Shown: one piece after another, positions 16,560-31,240 of the stretch
Numbering within the stretch: position 1 is the first letter of the stretch
Layout of the letters: each line of letters starts with the position of its first letter
DNA from: the human T2T-CHM13v2.0 reference genome, Homo sapiens
Direction: 5' to 3' (one strand)
NCBI RefSeq assembly: GCF_009914755.1
Contig: NC_060929.1
Length of the DNA: 64,000 bases
Translations under genes and position numbers: made by a program
The notes under the pieces: model-generated
Told to the model about the DNA's origin: nothing
Database searches by the model: none
The model's input: only the letters and a program-made list of their open reading frames with translations

Positions 16560-16990
16560 TCTCCATATTGAAGCCGGAATGAATTTTCTAAGCATGATTA
16601 AGCTTCTGTCATTCCCTGGCTTACAGATGGCTTTCAATCGTAAATAAATTCAAATTATTTTTCTTGCCCATAAGGATCAATATCTCTGTCCCCTGCCTGC
16701 CACCCTGAATTCATCTTGCACTGCCTTCTGCTCTAGTCACTGTGCTCTGGCCACGCTAGGCTTTCTGATCTGGACATGATTAGCTCATGTACACTTAAGG
16801 GCCACCCAGTGCTAAGGGCCACCCAGTCACTCTCCTATCACTTTGCCTTATTTTCTTCCCAGAACGTATTAACAGAAAACTCATTGTATTTCCATATTGG
16901 CCTCCCAACTAAATTTCAAGAGTAAGAATTTTGCCTATCTTACCTAATTCTTGATATATAGTAGATTCTCAAATAATATTTGTGCTATGG
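16560..16990 (+). mobile_element. L2 3' fragment
   Basis: L2-like tcactgtgctctggccac...ctttctg and tail gtagattctcaaataatatttg. Contains a 17-bp-period duplication taagggccacccagt at 16796-16827. Confidence 0.55.
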
Positions 16991-17589
16991 ATAACCATAT
17001 ATAATGACCAATGACTTTGTATCCAATTTTTCAGAAAACCAATACATATTTATCCAAGTATGGAATTGAACAGCAATCGTAAAAAGAAAAGAACTGGATA
17101 AGGATCCCTTCTGATTACTTTTAAGCTATAGCCTTAGTGAAAGTGAACACCCTTGATAGAAAAAAAAAATGCAGATAAAGCCAAGAAGAAAGCAAGGCCA
17201 AGACAACAGCAGGAACATGGCAGAAAACAAATAGCCCTCTCCCACTAATCATACTTTAGGATCCTGTGGACACGTTGGTGAGAAGTGGAAATGTTTCCAT
17301 AAGCCAATATTTTTTTGTATATTGAAATTACATAATATTCTATTCTTTAAAAAGAGTTCTAAGGACTAACACAATGACACTTCAGAAAGAATATCAAGAT
17401 CTTAGCAGCTCAAAACACACACAGGTTATACTGTATGATGAGAAAAGATCAGCCAATAGTGGTGTTTAGTCACATAACTACTTAGTATGCAAGCATAATG
17501 TTTCTTTTTTAAACTATATTACTAATCTTAAAATTATTTTACTTTTAAGCATACAACCACATGTGTGCACATACAGGCAATATAAATTA

Positions 17590-17752
17590 CGACCTTGAAC
17601 AAATTAACCTGTTTGTATCTCAGTTTTCTCATCAGCAAAATATAGAAAATAGTACTTACCTCATAAAGTTGTTATAAGTATTAAATAACTTCATACACGT
17701 AGAGCACCTAGAAGAGATCATGGCACAAAGTAAATAATATAAATTAACTAAC
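17590..17752 (+). mobile_element. MIR
   Basis: gaccttgaacaaattaacc...ctcagttttctcatcagcaaaa...tacctcataaagttgttataag. Confidence 0.75.
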
Positions 17753-18249
17753 TATATAAAAAGAGATTTTGGAAACACATTAAATATGCCTACTCTCATT
17801 AGATTGTAGTTATTGTATCATGTATACCAGTAATAAACATTCAGTAACTGCTTAATGCCTAACCAATCATAAGTGTTTACATTAATCTGGAAAAGGGATC
17901 ACAAACACTTAAGAGAAAATGATTCAAAGAACAAATATAGAGAGGTTAATCTAGTACTAATAAAATCAATCCATTCATAAGATTAAGTTAATTCAACCCT
18001 AAGGGAAAAACGCACTAATAGCATTAGTAAAATGCTTAGCAGTTGACAAGCATTTTCACATACATTATCTCATTTAAGCTCCATAATTATACTTATAATG
18101 ACTAAAATTTAAAATGTTTATGGGATTTACTTGTGATCACATTTCTAATAAATACTGATGCCATTCCAAATCCTGGACAGGTGTTGCTTTCATAACATTT
18201 TATATTTCCTTCAAAGCCACTAAAGAAAAAGCACATGAACTATGACAGT

Positions 18250-19320
18250 TTCATTTCACATTATTCTTTCAATAAATATGTATTCAGCACCTACTATGTG
18301 CCAAGAATTATTCTAAGTATAGGAGATAGAGTGGTTTTAACAAAATCAAAATATATTGCCCTTAATAGAGTTTATTCTCTACATTCTAGAGCAGAAAATA
18401 GACACTCCAAAAGATAAGTAAAATAATGAAATTTTAGATGGTGCTAAATGCTATATAGAGTCAAAAAAGCAGAAAAGGGAGCTAAGGCGTGCCTGAGAAA
18501 TGAGGGTGTTATGACTTAGGAAAAAGTCAATATGGTGTTTAGGAAATCCTCACTAACAAGGTGATATTTGATAAAATACTTTAAACTAGCTTTGCAGGCC
18601 ATTGTGGATATTTTGAGGAAGCTCAATTCAGGCAAAGAGAAAACCCACACAGAAGAGTGTCTGACATTTTTAAGGACATCAATGGACTGAAGCCAAATGA
18701 GTGAGGAGTGAAGCAAGAGAAAAAGTCAAAAGGTTATGGGAAGCCAGATCAGTTATGACCTTCTTGGTCACTGTAAAACCTTTGGTTATTTTCCAAGTGA
18801 GATGGGAATGGAGAATTCCATGAAGACGGGTTTCATAACTTGACTATGTTTCAAAAGAATGACAACATGACTCCTGCTGGTGAGTTGACTGGAGGGAAGG
18901 GAAGCAGGGAGGTGACAAGGGCAAAATATTAATGTTAGAAGACTACTGCTGTAACCAAGGGGAAAGATGAGGATGACTTGATGCAAGGAATTAGCAATGA
19001 AGGTGGCGGAATAGGTGGATTCTGAATATATTTAAAAGGTAAAGTCATTAAAATTGGATGGCAAATGAGATATGAGGTGTAAAAGAAAGAGAAAAGTCAA
19101 GGATGATTTAAGCCTGATCCCCTAAAAGAATGTAGTTCCCATTAACTAAGATAGGACAGTCTACTGAGAAGTCAGGCTTGGGCAGGGACATGCTTTATTT
19201 CAGACATGTAAAGTTTGAAATTCAAATTAGACAGTTAAGTGGAGGCGTTGAGTAGGCAATTGGATATCTAAGTCTACAGTTCAGAAAACAGTTCAAACTA
19301 AAATTATAAATTTAAAATAT
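18250..19320 (-). mobile_element. L2 (L2a-like) 3' region
   Basis: Starts with the reverse L2 tail ttcaataaatatgtattcagcacctactatgtgcca and continues in L2-like sequence to ...gttgagtaggcaattggatatctaagtc. Confidence 0.8.
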
Positions 19321-19395
19321 ATATGTATACATATGCCAAAAATACACATATACACATGCATGCACATGCCCACACACACACACACGCACACATAT
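19321..19395 (+). repeat. (CA/TA)n-like microsatellite
   Basis: atatgtatacatatgcc...cacacacacacacacgcacacata. Confidence 0.75.
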
Positions 19396-19446
19396 TTAAG
19401 ACTCAGCCTGGAAGAGAACAGCAAAAGGATAAGAATACAGAAGGGA

Positions 19447-19738
<292 letters not shown>

Positions 19739-22429
19739 TAGAGAAGGGAACCAAGGTCAAAGACCAAGCCTGGGACTTTCCATATTAAAAGACGGGAGGG
19801 AGAAGGAATCAATAAATTGTTCCACGTGGCCACTGATGTCAGCAAAATTTATTTAGAGGAGAGTGAGCAATCATTAAGTGAAATTTATGCAATTAGGTAT
19901 TTACATAATGGTTCACTAAAGAAAACTAGAGAATTGTTAGTCAACGCTAAATCCTATATTTTCACCATTTATCTAGGGTTCATAGGCAAAATGGCAAAAG
20001 AATACACTTTATAATGGGCACAAAATGATGAAAAAAATGAAAATGTGATTATTATAGCAGAAACTTTATGACTAAATAACTCATTTTTTTCTTCACATTA
20101 CACCAAATGCAAGTTTAGTGGGAGCGGTGAGCAATTTCAGTCAATGTGGCACCAGCAGATAACACTGAGAACACATGAAAATGGTAAAAAGGGCATGGCT
20201 TTTTCCTCTGTCCTTATAGATCTTATAGTCATTTTAGCTTGGAAAGAAACAGTATGATAAATTTCCTTCACCCCAGAAATGAGGCATCAATTGTTCCAAC
20301 TATGATTCTATGTAGCCTTAAACGTATTTTGCTCATTTTGGAAGAGATTCAGAAGTAGGACATCAAGCAACTAGCCTAATTATTTTTTGAAGATAATCAT
20401 CGCTACTATAATACATACACATGCTATTTGCCAAAATCACCACCCAAGTTCCCTTAGAACATTATTTTTATCAAATAATCTGTTTATAATTAAAACATAA
20501 TTCTGAAGAGATTAAGAGATTCATGCTCTTTTTTTTTTAACTTAAAAAGGATAAAGGTTTGAATGGTGTGGTAATGGTAATGTTTATAGAAGTTATAAGG
20601 TAGTTGTACCAACTGAGAAAGGGTTAGAAAATTTGAGACAGAAGAGCTCTGCCAGAAGGGCCAATGTGAAGATTTCATGTAAGGAAATAAGAAATATCCC
20701 TTTGAATGTAAGTTTTGTTCAAATCATGATTTTTTTTTCTTTTAACCTGCTTTCTATTTAGTCATTCAAGTTTAATAAAAACAGAAAAAGAACAGATACA
20801 ACCACAGAAATACAGGCTGAACACTTTCCAGTGATTCATTCTGTAAGAAAATTCACCAATATAATTTTCTCTGTTATTTATATCAATGCAGATCAATTTA
20901 TACTCAAAACATACTGCTCTTGCCACTTACAGACTGACAGAAAGAAGCCAAAAGATACAGATGATCTCTCCATCTGACTGCCAGTCAAGCATTCACAAAT
21001 GGGTCCTAAATACTACCTTGGATAACACTTTTTACAGCATGACAATATGTATGTCTCACCTCAAGTTCAAATTGTTATAAAATACTTATCACCATAAAAA
21101 TAAAGTTCAAAATTATAAAGATAACTGAGAATCAAATCGTCCTCTGAAAGAATTTCCTGGGGTCTCAAGTTATCCCTTTATTTAACATTCTCTCAAATAT
21201 GTTGTTTTCTACAAGCAAAATCACAGGATGTCTGTCATTTTTGCTTTGTTCCACAAAGTAAAAAATACTTGAGGATACAAAATATAAAACCAAAATATTA
21301 AGCTTCCAAAAATTTATCAACACCAAAAAGTGAAGTATTATTTTAGTACAAATAAGGGGAAAATATACATTTTTTTCTAAATCAGCACATATTTACTTTA
21401 TAAAGACTGGTACCTGGGGGAAGAATGCCATTCATTTCTCATAAGTTATACAAGGAGTCAATGGCAGATGTTAAGCATGAGATAGAAATGAAAAAATCTT
21501 CAAAGCAATAACAGACACAGGAAACACATCCCAAAGGGAAATAGGAGAACCACAGAAAAGAAATCAAGTGAAGTGAATACAACCTCACAACTAGTGCAAA
21601 TCCCTCGGGAATTCTCCTAATATGAACCGTTAAAGCCACGTGTTTAACATTTGATAAATGTAAGTTCTTATTTGTCAAATGGGGAAGCTTCAGGCACAGT
21701 AAGCATTAACCTGATCCATAAAAGGCATTATATTGTCTGTCTTTGCATTTCATTGCATAATGACTTCACAAACATGCACATCCAAATCTTGCTTCTATGT
21801 TTCATTCTTATAAGTCAAATAAATAGATGACTTTCTTATTTGAACATTAGGTTCAAGGAGCTCATTCTTTACAAAGATGGTTACTGAAATAAATCATGGC
21901 CATGTCTACATAATAGAAACATTGAAACAATCTCTTCCATGCTTTGCTCTACACATCCTATTTTCCTCAATCAACATGACACTCTAAAAGGGTTCAATGA
22001 GAAAATGAACTTCTCTGGTATCTTCACAGCAGATTTGTTACCAAGCATGTTTCACCCCTACTGAGAAGTTGCCAGAAATAAAAATAGAAAGATGAGTAGT
22101 AGGAATGTGGGTGTGACAGTATGACCCAGAATTTAGGAAATGGAAGTGGAGAGTCTTGTTCTAGATCTTTCATTAAGTAGCCTTCAGTAAGTCACAGTCT
22201 TACTTTAGATTTCAGCTCCTCAGCTATAACATGAAATTGTTGACTAAACAGTCTTTAAGGCCCTGCCATCTCTAACACCGTATTTCTAAATTATCCCAAG
22301 CTGCCATTAAACAGAAAGAGAATCAGCTAAGACTGTAAATTCTAGTGCATCAGGCTGTCCATCCCCACTCCCTGTCCAGGTACAGGCACTTGTTGCATAC
22401 TGGGAGGGATGGTGGTAAATTCTTAACAA

Positions 22430-22590
22430 AATATTTATTCACTCAATGCTCATAACAACTCTATAAGAAAGATATTGTCATCCTTTTCCTCTATTTTACA
22501 GATGAGGAAAAAGAAAAATTAAATAGCTTGCCACAAACTCTATATTGAATTCAGTATAATAATCCATAATAACTCCATTCTCTACTGCCT
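22430..22590 (-). mobile_element. MIR fragment
   Basis: ctcataacaactctataag...attttacagatgaggaaa. Confidence 0.6.
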
Positions 22591-25109
22591 TCCAATCAGA
22601 CAGATAAAGAAACAATTCTGTCAAGGAAGAGAAAGCTCAACCAAGCCCTCTGAAATAGCTCGATTAGTAAATAAAGTGATTAAGAGTCTTATTTGGAAGT
22701 CGGGAAAGCAAAATTGATTTCACAAAATAGGGACAAACTGACATGGATTAAGGCTCCCATTTCCAATTAATTTCTTAGCTGCAGAGATTTTTGTTGAAAT
22801 CCTGGAGATTGACTAGAATGGTGCCCCAAAAACCCCATGATAAGTGAAGAAGCAATTGAAGTGAGATAATAAAGACACCTTAATAGGATCCATGCATTAG
22901 AATTTTGGACTAAAACAGAAGAAGGAATTAACATTTATTCAGCCAGATCCATGTATCTAAATCCAAGCCCTTTCTCTTATAACAGTTAGACTTTTTCTTC
23001 TTCTGTCACTATAATTCCCTCCATCAGCTTGTAAAACATCTCCTTAATTCAAAATTCTGTAATATCAGGAATAAAAACTATCCACAGCATAAGTACTCAG
23101 AGCAATACTTTGCCACAGTATTTTTCCAAAATGGTCCCAAATTCTAAGACTGTCCTACTTGAGGCTGCTTCTCTTGCCAGAAACATTTTCAACCCAGAAG
23201 ATTTGCCTGCGAGTTTATTTTTATGTTTAAGGATACAGTGGAGATAACTAGAATATTATTTCAGAGAACTTTCTATTTTTAAAATGATTATTTAAATAGA
23301 GTTAATTATGATACAATTTTAGATCTCACAAACCACATGGAGGAGGTCAGGGACAAAGGCACACTTGAGAAATGATTGAAAAAAATATCACTTTATTCAG
23401 GGAACAAGCTATGTAAACCTTCCCTTCATGAAACAGTCTGAGATTATAATCTAAAATTCAAAGAATCATGACAGAGCTTTTCGGAGGCTTTTAAAGTTAG
23501 TATCCCTTTCCTTTAAAATACTTCAGTGGGCTCTCTAAAGTAGTAAGACAAGATGCTTTTACAGTGATTTATATGGTATTTTCCATCTTAACAGCTGGAC
23601 TCTTTATGTTTATAGTACTGCCATGTGGCATGCTGTTCAAAGCAATGCAGTTTTAGAAGTCCTGAAAACAGGATGTTCACTTAAGGACTGTACAGAACAT
23701 GTTACAAATTTAAAATATGAAAAGGAAAGGAATTTAGTTGCAAAGAGCATGAAACCTGAATCCACAAGCTTTTCCAATGCTTTTAAATGCAGTCAAAAGG
23801 GGATGAGAAATGTTCATTCTTCCAACTGTCAGCAAACATATGTATGCAGCTTAACTGGCCTCATAACTCCCTTAGGGCTTATTCCCTTGTTTTAGCTTCA
23901 TTTTCCAACAGGTTCTAAGAATCAATAATATTTTTAAGCAGCTCTTATCTCTTGCAAAAAATCTTTTATTTTCTTTGGAAAAAAGAGGTAACTATTTTAG
24001 ATTAGTGCTTATAATCCTCAAGGTATGCAGAACTCCTAATTTATATATGAATAAATACACATATATTCTAATATGTACACAAAATTTTAATATACATTGA
24101 ACAACATATGAGGGCAAAGTATATTTTGATTACAAAGAATGATTATTTTGTTAGAAAAAGTTTAAAAAATCGTATACTATAACATACACAAATAAAAAGT
24201 TATTAATAATACTACACATTAGAGAATAATTTCTTGTCTTTGTTACTTAACCAAAAAATAACTGCTGGAAATAAAACAGAAAGAAATATTAGTCTCAAAT
24301 GTGTACACTTCTTAATATTGAAACTATGTACAAAACAAGTTATGTGAGTGCATATTTAAAATACTTTCCATTTTTGGATCTAAAAATCCCAAATGATCAA
24401 AAATATTGGTATTAATGTTCATTTAATTTTTCACTTTAATCATTTTTAATCATTTTTATCACCATTTGAATCCAAATGTTTTATGGATTATATGCTAGAA
24501 ATAATTAAAGATGTGACTTAAATAACCCATGCAAAATTTCCAAAAATTTATCTACATTCCTTAAAAGATTCAACAGCATATAAAGGATACATAACATGGT
24601 CAAAGAAGATATTTCAAACTACATCTTTTTAGAAAATGGTAGACACATGGATAACTTGACCTGAGAACGCTTACTATATCAATTTCAACTTTCTTCAAAA
24701 TTGATAATTGAATTGCAATACAAGATAAAATATAAAAAGAGAATTGGAAAAAAAATAGTTACTCAAACACAAAACTTATTTGTATCTGGAGTTTGCACAT
24801 GTTAAAAGGAAAATCAAAATATAAAGATTGATGACTCACAGATATACACAGATAACATGCCACATCTAACAAAGTGTCTACACTAAACTTTTTCATCCTT
24901 CATACTTGTTCCTGGCTCCAGCTTTTATCTTCTCTGCAATCACTTTGTAGATCCAACAAATCAAATTATAAAACAAAAATATTTTATGTAATGCTTAAAT
25001 ATATTAAGAGGAAGTGATTATGGAGGTGACAGGAGAGGAAAGAGTGGTTCCTGTCACAGTATCCATAACCTCTGGTACAGTCTCAAGTTTCAAGTTTACT
25101 GCAACTCAT

Positions 25110-25600
25110 GTATTCTTTCATTCTTTCACTCAACAAATAATTATTGAACATCTCTTATGTGCCACATGCTGTCCTAAGCACTACAGACAGAACAGTGGGT
25201 TCTATAGATAATGTCTCTATTCTTCTGACCCCATGTTATGCTGTGAGGAAGACAGAAATTAATAATAATAACATAATAATTAGCAAACAAGATTATTTCA
25301 GACAGTCGTAAGAGCTGTGAAAACACTAAAATAGAGAAATGCGATGAAGAATGATTGAAGGGATGCAAGTTAGGTAGACAGGAAAGATGTCCGTGGAAAG
25401 GTTATATTTAAGCTGAAACGTAGATAGTGAGAAGGTAGTCATGTCCATATTTTGGTGAGACATTTTATAGCACGAGGAACAAATATAAAGGCCTGCATGC
25501 AATGTGAACATATGCTTAAAAAACAGAAAGAAGAAATATAAAGAAGGTTGGTGGAGCATAGTAAGCAAGGCAAAAGGAATGAGGTTACTAGATCAAGTCA
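25110..25600 (-). mobile_element. L2 3' fragment
   Basis: ttcactcaacaaataattattgaacatctcttatgtgccacatgctgtcctaagcact (reverse L2 tail). Confidence 0.75.
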
Positions 25601-27295
25601 GGTAAACAGGCATACGGGGCTGCTGCTTATGGTTGGGTCTTCTATAGGCATGGCTCTTCCTGAAGTTTTAAAGGGCACCACTAAGTAATATGCAGTGGAG
25701 TGGATTCATTAAGGTTCTCATTTTGAAGAGAGAGCAGGACATTCAGTACCACAGACATGTGCAAACTTCCTGAGGTCTTACACCAACCAGAACTTCAGGG
25801 AGCCTCCCAAAATTCCATGAGGACATATTCATACTACTTACCACTGATAAACTCATAATCCCAGGATATTTTTACAACTGATGACTCAAGAGTTCCTGTG
25901 CTTCATTTAGGGAGTAGGTATTTTTCATAGGCTAGGAGCCCATATGCCTGGCATCTGGCCTCCTGGATGTTCCTATCTGAGTACTGTCAACTGATCACAT
26001 GCTACAACATACCAGAGGATAGACTGGTATCCTCCTTTTAATTTAAGGGAATGTCAATGTCTTCTACATTTTCATCTTTGCCAGTGGACTAATAGTGAAG
26101 GTATCAGTTTCTTAGATATGTTTACTCTGTTTTCTAATCATTAACTCCAGAAATCAAACAATTAAAAGAGGAAATTTCTGATGTAGCTCTGAATGATACA
26201 TCAATATAAATAACATAAACGTAAAATAAATGTAAATTCAGATCTATCATGGAAATTTCATGTTTCTATACACATTCCTAAGCCTTAAAATAGTCTCAGA
26301 ACATGCTAATATAGGCTATACAAAAATAATTAAATATAAAATATTTTCTGTGTATGGTAAAGCTAATAAAGTTAAAATTACACCTAAGTGTTAATTACTA
26401 CAATTTTTAAATGTTTTTCCAATTACAGAAGACATGCAATAATCACGCAGAAAATTTAGAAAGTATAAAAGAAATAAGAAAATAGGAATTAAGGTGAATT
26501 CTAACAGAGATAAGCAGTCTTAATATTTTATAATTTAACACTAATTTTTTTTTGCCCCTCTACATATTATAGATGGAGACCACATAGTTTCAGCCTATAC
26601 TCTGCTTTTATTCTACAACTGTTTTACAGAAAACATCTCCATCTGCAACCAATTTAAAATTCTCCAAAACCTCAATCCTAATATTTATAAAATATTTCAT
26701 TTATAATTACACCACAAATTTTATAAATCTCTCCTTTCACTAAGCAGAAACTTTATTTCCAATTTGTTCCTATTGTAAAAATAATGCAATGAAAAATATT
26801 GAATTAAAATCATTTTGTATTATTTCATAAGAATTCCTAAAAGTAGACATAGTAGACATCTACTTTTTTTGTTTTTGTAACATGTATTGCTAAATAGCAT
26901 TCTACAAAGTGTTAATTTATCCAATTATCTGAGGATATGAGAATAGTCATAACACTACTTCAGAAAGAATACTATGAAATTTTAACTGAGCTTGATAATT
27001 ATGGTAAGTGGTATCATATTGTCTAACTTGGACTTCCTCACTCACTACAGAGGCTGAAACCATTTTTGTATATTTCTAGAATGTAAGGTGCACCCTTTTG
27101 CCTTCTCATTATCTTCCAGCCTGCAATACATATGTGATAGTTGGATGGACTGAGAAATGGCCTTGAAGATAGCCCCCTCAAGTGAGAACAGTACAGATAA
27201 AATCTGAAACAAAACTGGGCATTGATAATATCCAGGATCCACCATACCAACCTTGGACTTCTTTTCTCCGTACATATTTATGGGAATAAAAATAA

Positions 27296-27979
27296 TGAGA
27301 CGGGAAAATTCCCTTGGCTCCTCTGCAGGACCACTTGCAAAGGGGGTGGTTCATTTACTCGGCTGCCATGCATTCAAACCATTTATGGGAGGGGGAGCCC
27401 ACAGGTCAGCCAGGGCGAGTGTTTTTGAGCTCCAGCCCCATGGCAGTGTCAAGGGATGTTACAATGCTCTTTTAGCTTTGCCGTCTGTGGATGGCTAAGT
27501 GTTAACCAGCTCACTGGAGAGTCAGGGTGACAGCCTTTTACACCTTGCCCTCTTGGTACCCAGGTCCTTGTCTGGCATCCAGGAAGAATCAAGTCACGTG
27601 GACTTGAACGATGGTGAATATGGGGATTTTACTGAGTGATGAAGGTGGCTTTCAGCAGGATGGATGGGGAGCTGGAAAAGGGATGGAGTGGGAAGATGAT
27701 CTTCCCCTGGAGTTCAGCCATCCCATGGCTGATCTCCTCTCCAACTGTCCCCAGCCAAATGCTTCTCGACATTCAAATGCTCCTTCTCTGCTGTACAGCT
27801 CTGTTCTGCCAGTGGAGCTTGGGGTTTATATGGGCACAGGATAGGGGCATGGCAGACCAGAGTGGTCTTAGAAAAGGCAACATTTGGGTGTGAAAACAGA
27901 AATGCCTGTTCCCATTTAGGGCCTTTGCTGGGGAATTGCCCTCTTCTACCCAGTATTTCCTTGACTTCCGTCTCTATCA
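27296..27979 (-). mobile_element. ERV1 solo LTR of the LTR1/LTR27/LTR28/MER52 group
   Basis: TG...CA termini. The minus strand begins tgatagagacggaagtcaaggaaatactgggtagaagagggc and is homologous to the LTR at 36214. No clear 4-bp TSD. Confidence 0.85.
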
Positions 27980-28249
27980 TTTATAATAAACTTCTACGTT
28001 GTTTAACTTATTCTTTATTGTTGGTCTCAGCTATTCAAAGCTGAACACAATTTCTAATTTATACAACTTGAAAAGTTGAGCATGATGTATCTATTTTTAA
28101 TTTTTAATTTTCTATTTTTGATGTATCCATTTTTAAATGATACAAAACAGTATCATTTACAATATGACTTGGGTTGTTGTTTTAAGAGAAAGAAAAAAAT
28201 TTACACCAAGATGTTGACAATAGGGTGGTTCAATTATGAGTGATTTATT

Positions 28250-30600
28250 TAGTCCTTGTTTTTATTTTTACCTGTTCATTTGTTCTTATTTTTTCTATCA
28301 CATGATTTAACTTAGGAAAACCTGTTATCTTTATAATATTCAATATTTTCTATCCAGGAACGTAGCACAGTTCTCCATGTGCTATCCTTCTTTGATAGCT
28401 ACCCATACACATGAGTAGCTTGCTTCACATGCTCTACCATTTAACTCATTAGGATTTTTCTTTACTATTTTATATTATTTATATTAATGAGAAAATAGTC
28501 TTTTTAACTATCATTACCTTATATTTTGTTGTCCAGAAAAGCTGTGAATTTTTATATGTTTATTTTATATCTTTCAATTTTACAGAATTCAATGAGTTAC
28601 CACCAACTTCTATAAGTTAAAATGTTTTCAGCTGATGTAAGCAAACTATATGAAAATTACCATTTTTGCCCTCTTCAGTCAATCATTCTTCTCTTATTTT
28701 TGTTTTAAATAATAAATCTTGGCTGAAATTTTTATTAAAAAGTTAGAAAATAATACTCATGTGCATATAACATTTTTAATCATTTCAGTGGCAATAACTC
28801 CACTGTTTCCCAGTTAAATATCATGTTGGCTCTGGGCCTAAAAGAGATAGTCTTCATTATACTAAACAATATAGCCCTATTTATCTAAATTTAAAAGATA
28901 TAGCTCTTAAAATAGAAGTTAATATTTATTTCACACTTTAAGTCACTGTTAACATATTAACTAAATTAATATATTTAATTCCCACAACAAAGTTCTGAGG
29001 CACATGCCATTAGTATTTGCATTTTTCAAATAAAGAAACTGGAGCACAGATAGGTTGCCTGCTAATATTCTATTACTCTATCAAGATTCCTTTTGAAGAG
29101 GCTTCTATTAAAATTCTCATATGGCTTGTTTTGTTTATACTGATGATGCAATGATCACAAGAGAGAACTAAAAATTGATTACATTTGGGGGATCAATCCT
29201 GCTTGGTTTGGGTGAATAATTCTGCCAGTGTTTCCTAGTGTTATATTCCATTTATAATTTTGTGTCTATATTAATATGAAAAAGTTTAATTTTTTTGTGT
29301 GATGTCTTCTTCTTTATGGTTTTGGTATCAACATTATGATAGATTCATAACATGAATTGGATAGCTTTCCATTTTTTTTCTATCTTCTGATACAGCTAAT
29401 ATTTTCTTAATACTCTACAAATGCAGTTTTGATCTCTTCTTTGATCCAAGTTATTTAGAAAAGTGATTTTAAATTTCATAGTGGATTTAAGTAGAAGTCA
29501 ATTAACAAAAGCTCAGATGAACAAAACGTTATTTGCTTGGTTGTTTAAGCTTTTGCTAATAAGGTCATCTCTATCACGTTATGAGCAGAAAATAGTGAGT
29601 AAATAAATACTACTTTCTAAAACAATTTTCAATTGTTTAAAGTGTTTGTCCAACCATTGTAAATTTGCAAAATAATCTGCTTATAGAATAGTAAGCTATA
29701 TAATTTATATATACACAGAGTTATACCATGTTAAAATCTTACACTTGTTAGAGTTATATATGCTTATATGAAATGTCAAACCTTATTTATGGTTATATAA
29801 GCTATGACTTGACTTTTTTATTCCAGCATCTATCAAAGATTAAGAGAACATCCTTAATGTCTATATGCAATAATTGTACCTTTGTAAAATTATCTGTTCT
29901 TTGCTTTCTTTTTCCTTTATGTATTTTGATATTATAGCATGAAAAGGTCATAAAACCCATTATTTCATCAAAATTGTAGAATGTATATCATCAATTTAAA
30001 ATTACTTTATTTATTATATTTACTCATTGGTTACCAACTAAGCTACTCTTTAATTTAAATTTTTAATTTTCCTGATAAATTTTCAACATTATTTAATTTC
30101 AGACAGGCGTGTAATGTGGATTTTGGTTTGTCTACTTTAAATAGCAGATAATCGCATGTTGCTTTTTAATTCAACACTTGAGGTTTTCTTTATATAACAT
30201 CATTTAGAGAGTTTATGTATATTTTTCGTATATTTTTAGATTATTGACATATATCTATTCTTATATCTGGCACCCTCATTCTTAATTTCTACTTTTCTAG
30301 GCTTTTTTGCTTTTTTCATTGTTTTCTATTCTATGACATTTATACTATTTGACTTTTTCCTTTTTTGCATATTATATTTCTCTTAATATTGTACAAATAA
30401 AAATGATACCTCTTGAGTTTTTCAAAATAGAAAAATTACCTTATTTCTTCTCTGCCTCACTCAGTCTTAACTGATAAAATATGATATTTGTGAATCAGAT
30501 TTCTGTTAAAATTAATATTTCACATTGTATATCTTCTTTGAAAAAATTTTGAAATTTATATTTATTTTATAAGCATATTCTCAGCGAATTATATTTTGTA
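28250..30600 (-). mobile_element. Highly degraded old L1 (L1M/L1ME-type) fragments, with a MIR at ~28920-29060
   Basis: T-rich reverse-L1 motifs (ggttttggtatcaacattatgatagattcataacatgaattgg; tcttctttgatccaagttatttagaa). Boundaries uncertain. Confidence 0.5.
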
Positions 30601-30612
30601 ATAGGGGTTTAA

Positions 30613-30942
<330 letters not shown>

Positions 30943-30989
30943 TAAATATTTTACTATGAACTATTTCAAACATACAGGAAAGAAGTAAT

Positions 30990-31240
30990 TATGGCTCATA
31001 TTTACTAAGCAACTACTATGTACCAGGCACTATTCTAAGTACTTTAAAATAATTAACTTATTTAATTCTTGTAATAACTTTTCGAGATAAAAAGTAATTT
31101 TACTTCCATTTTGTAGTGGAGGAAACTAGGACATAGAAAAGTTATGCCATTTGCAAAAAGTAATGCAGATAAAAATGCAGAGCTCACATTCAAACCTAGG
31201 CTGTCTGTCCACTATGCCCACACTCCCCACTCTGCCATTA
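30990..31240 (-). mobile_element. MIR
   Basis: actatgtaccaggcactattctaagtacttt...ccattttgtagtggaggaaactag...attcaaacctaggctgtctg. Confidence 0.8.
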
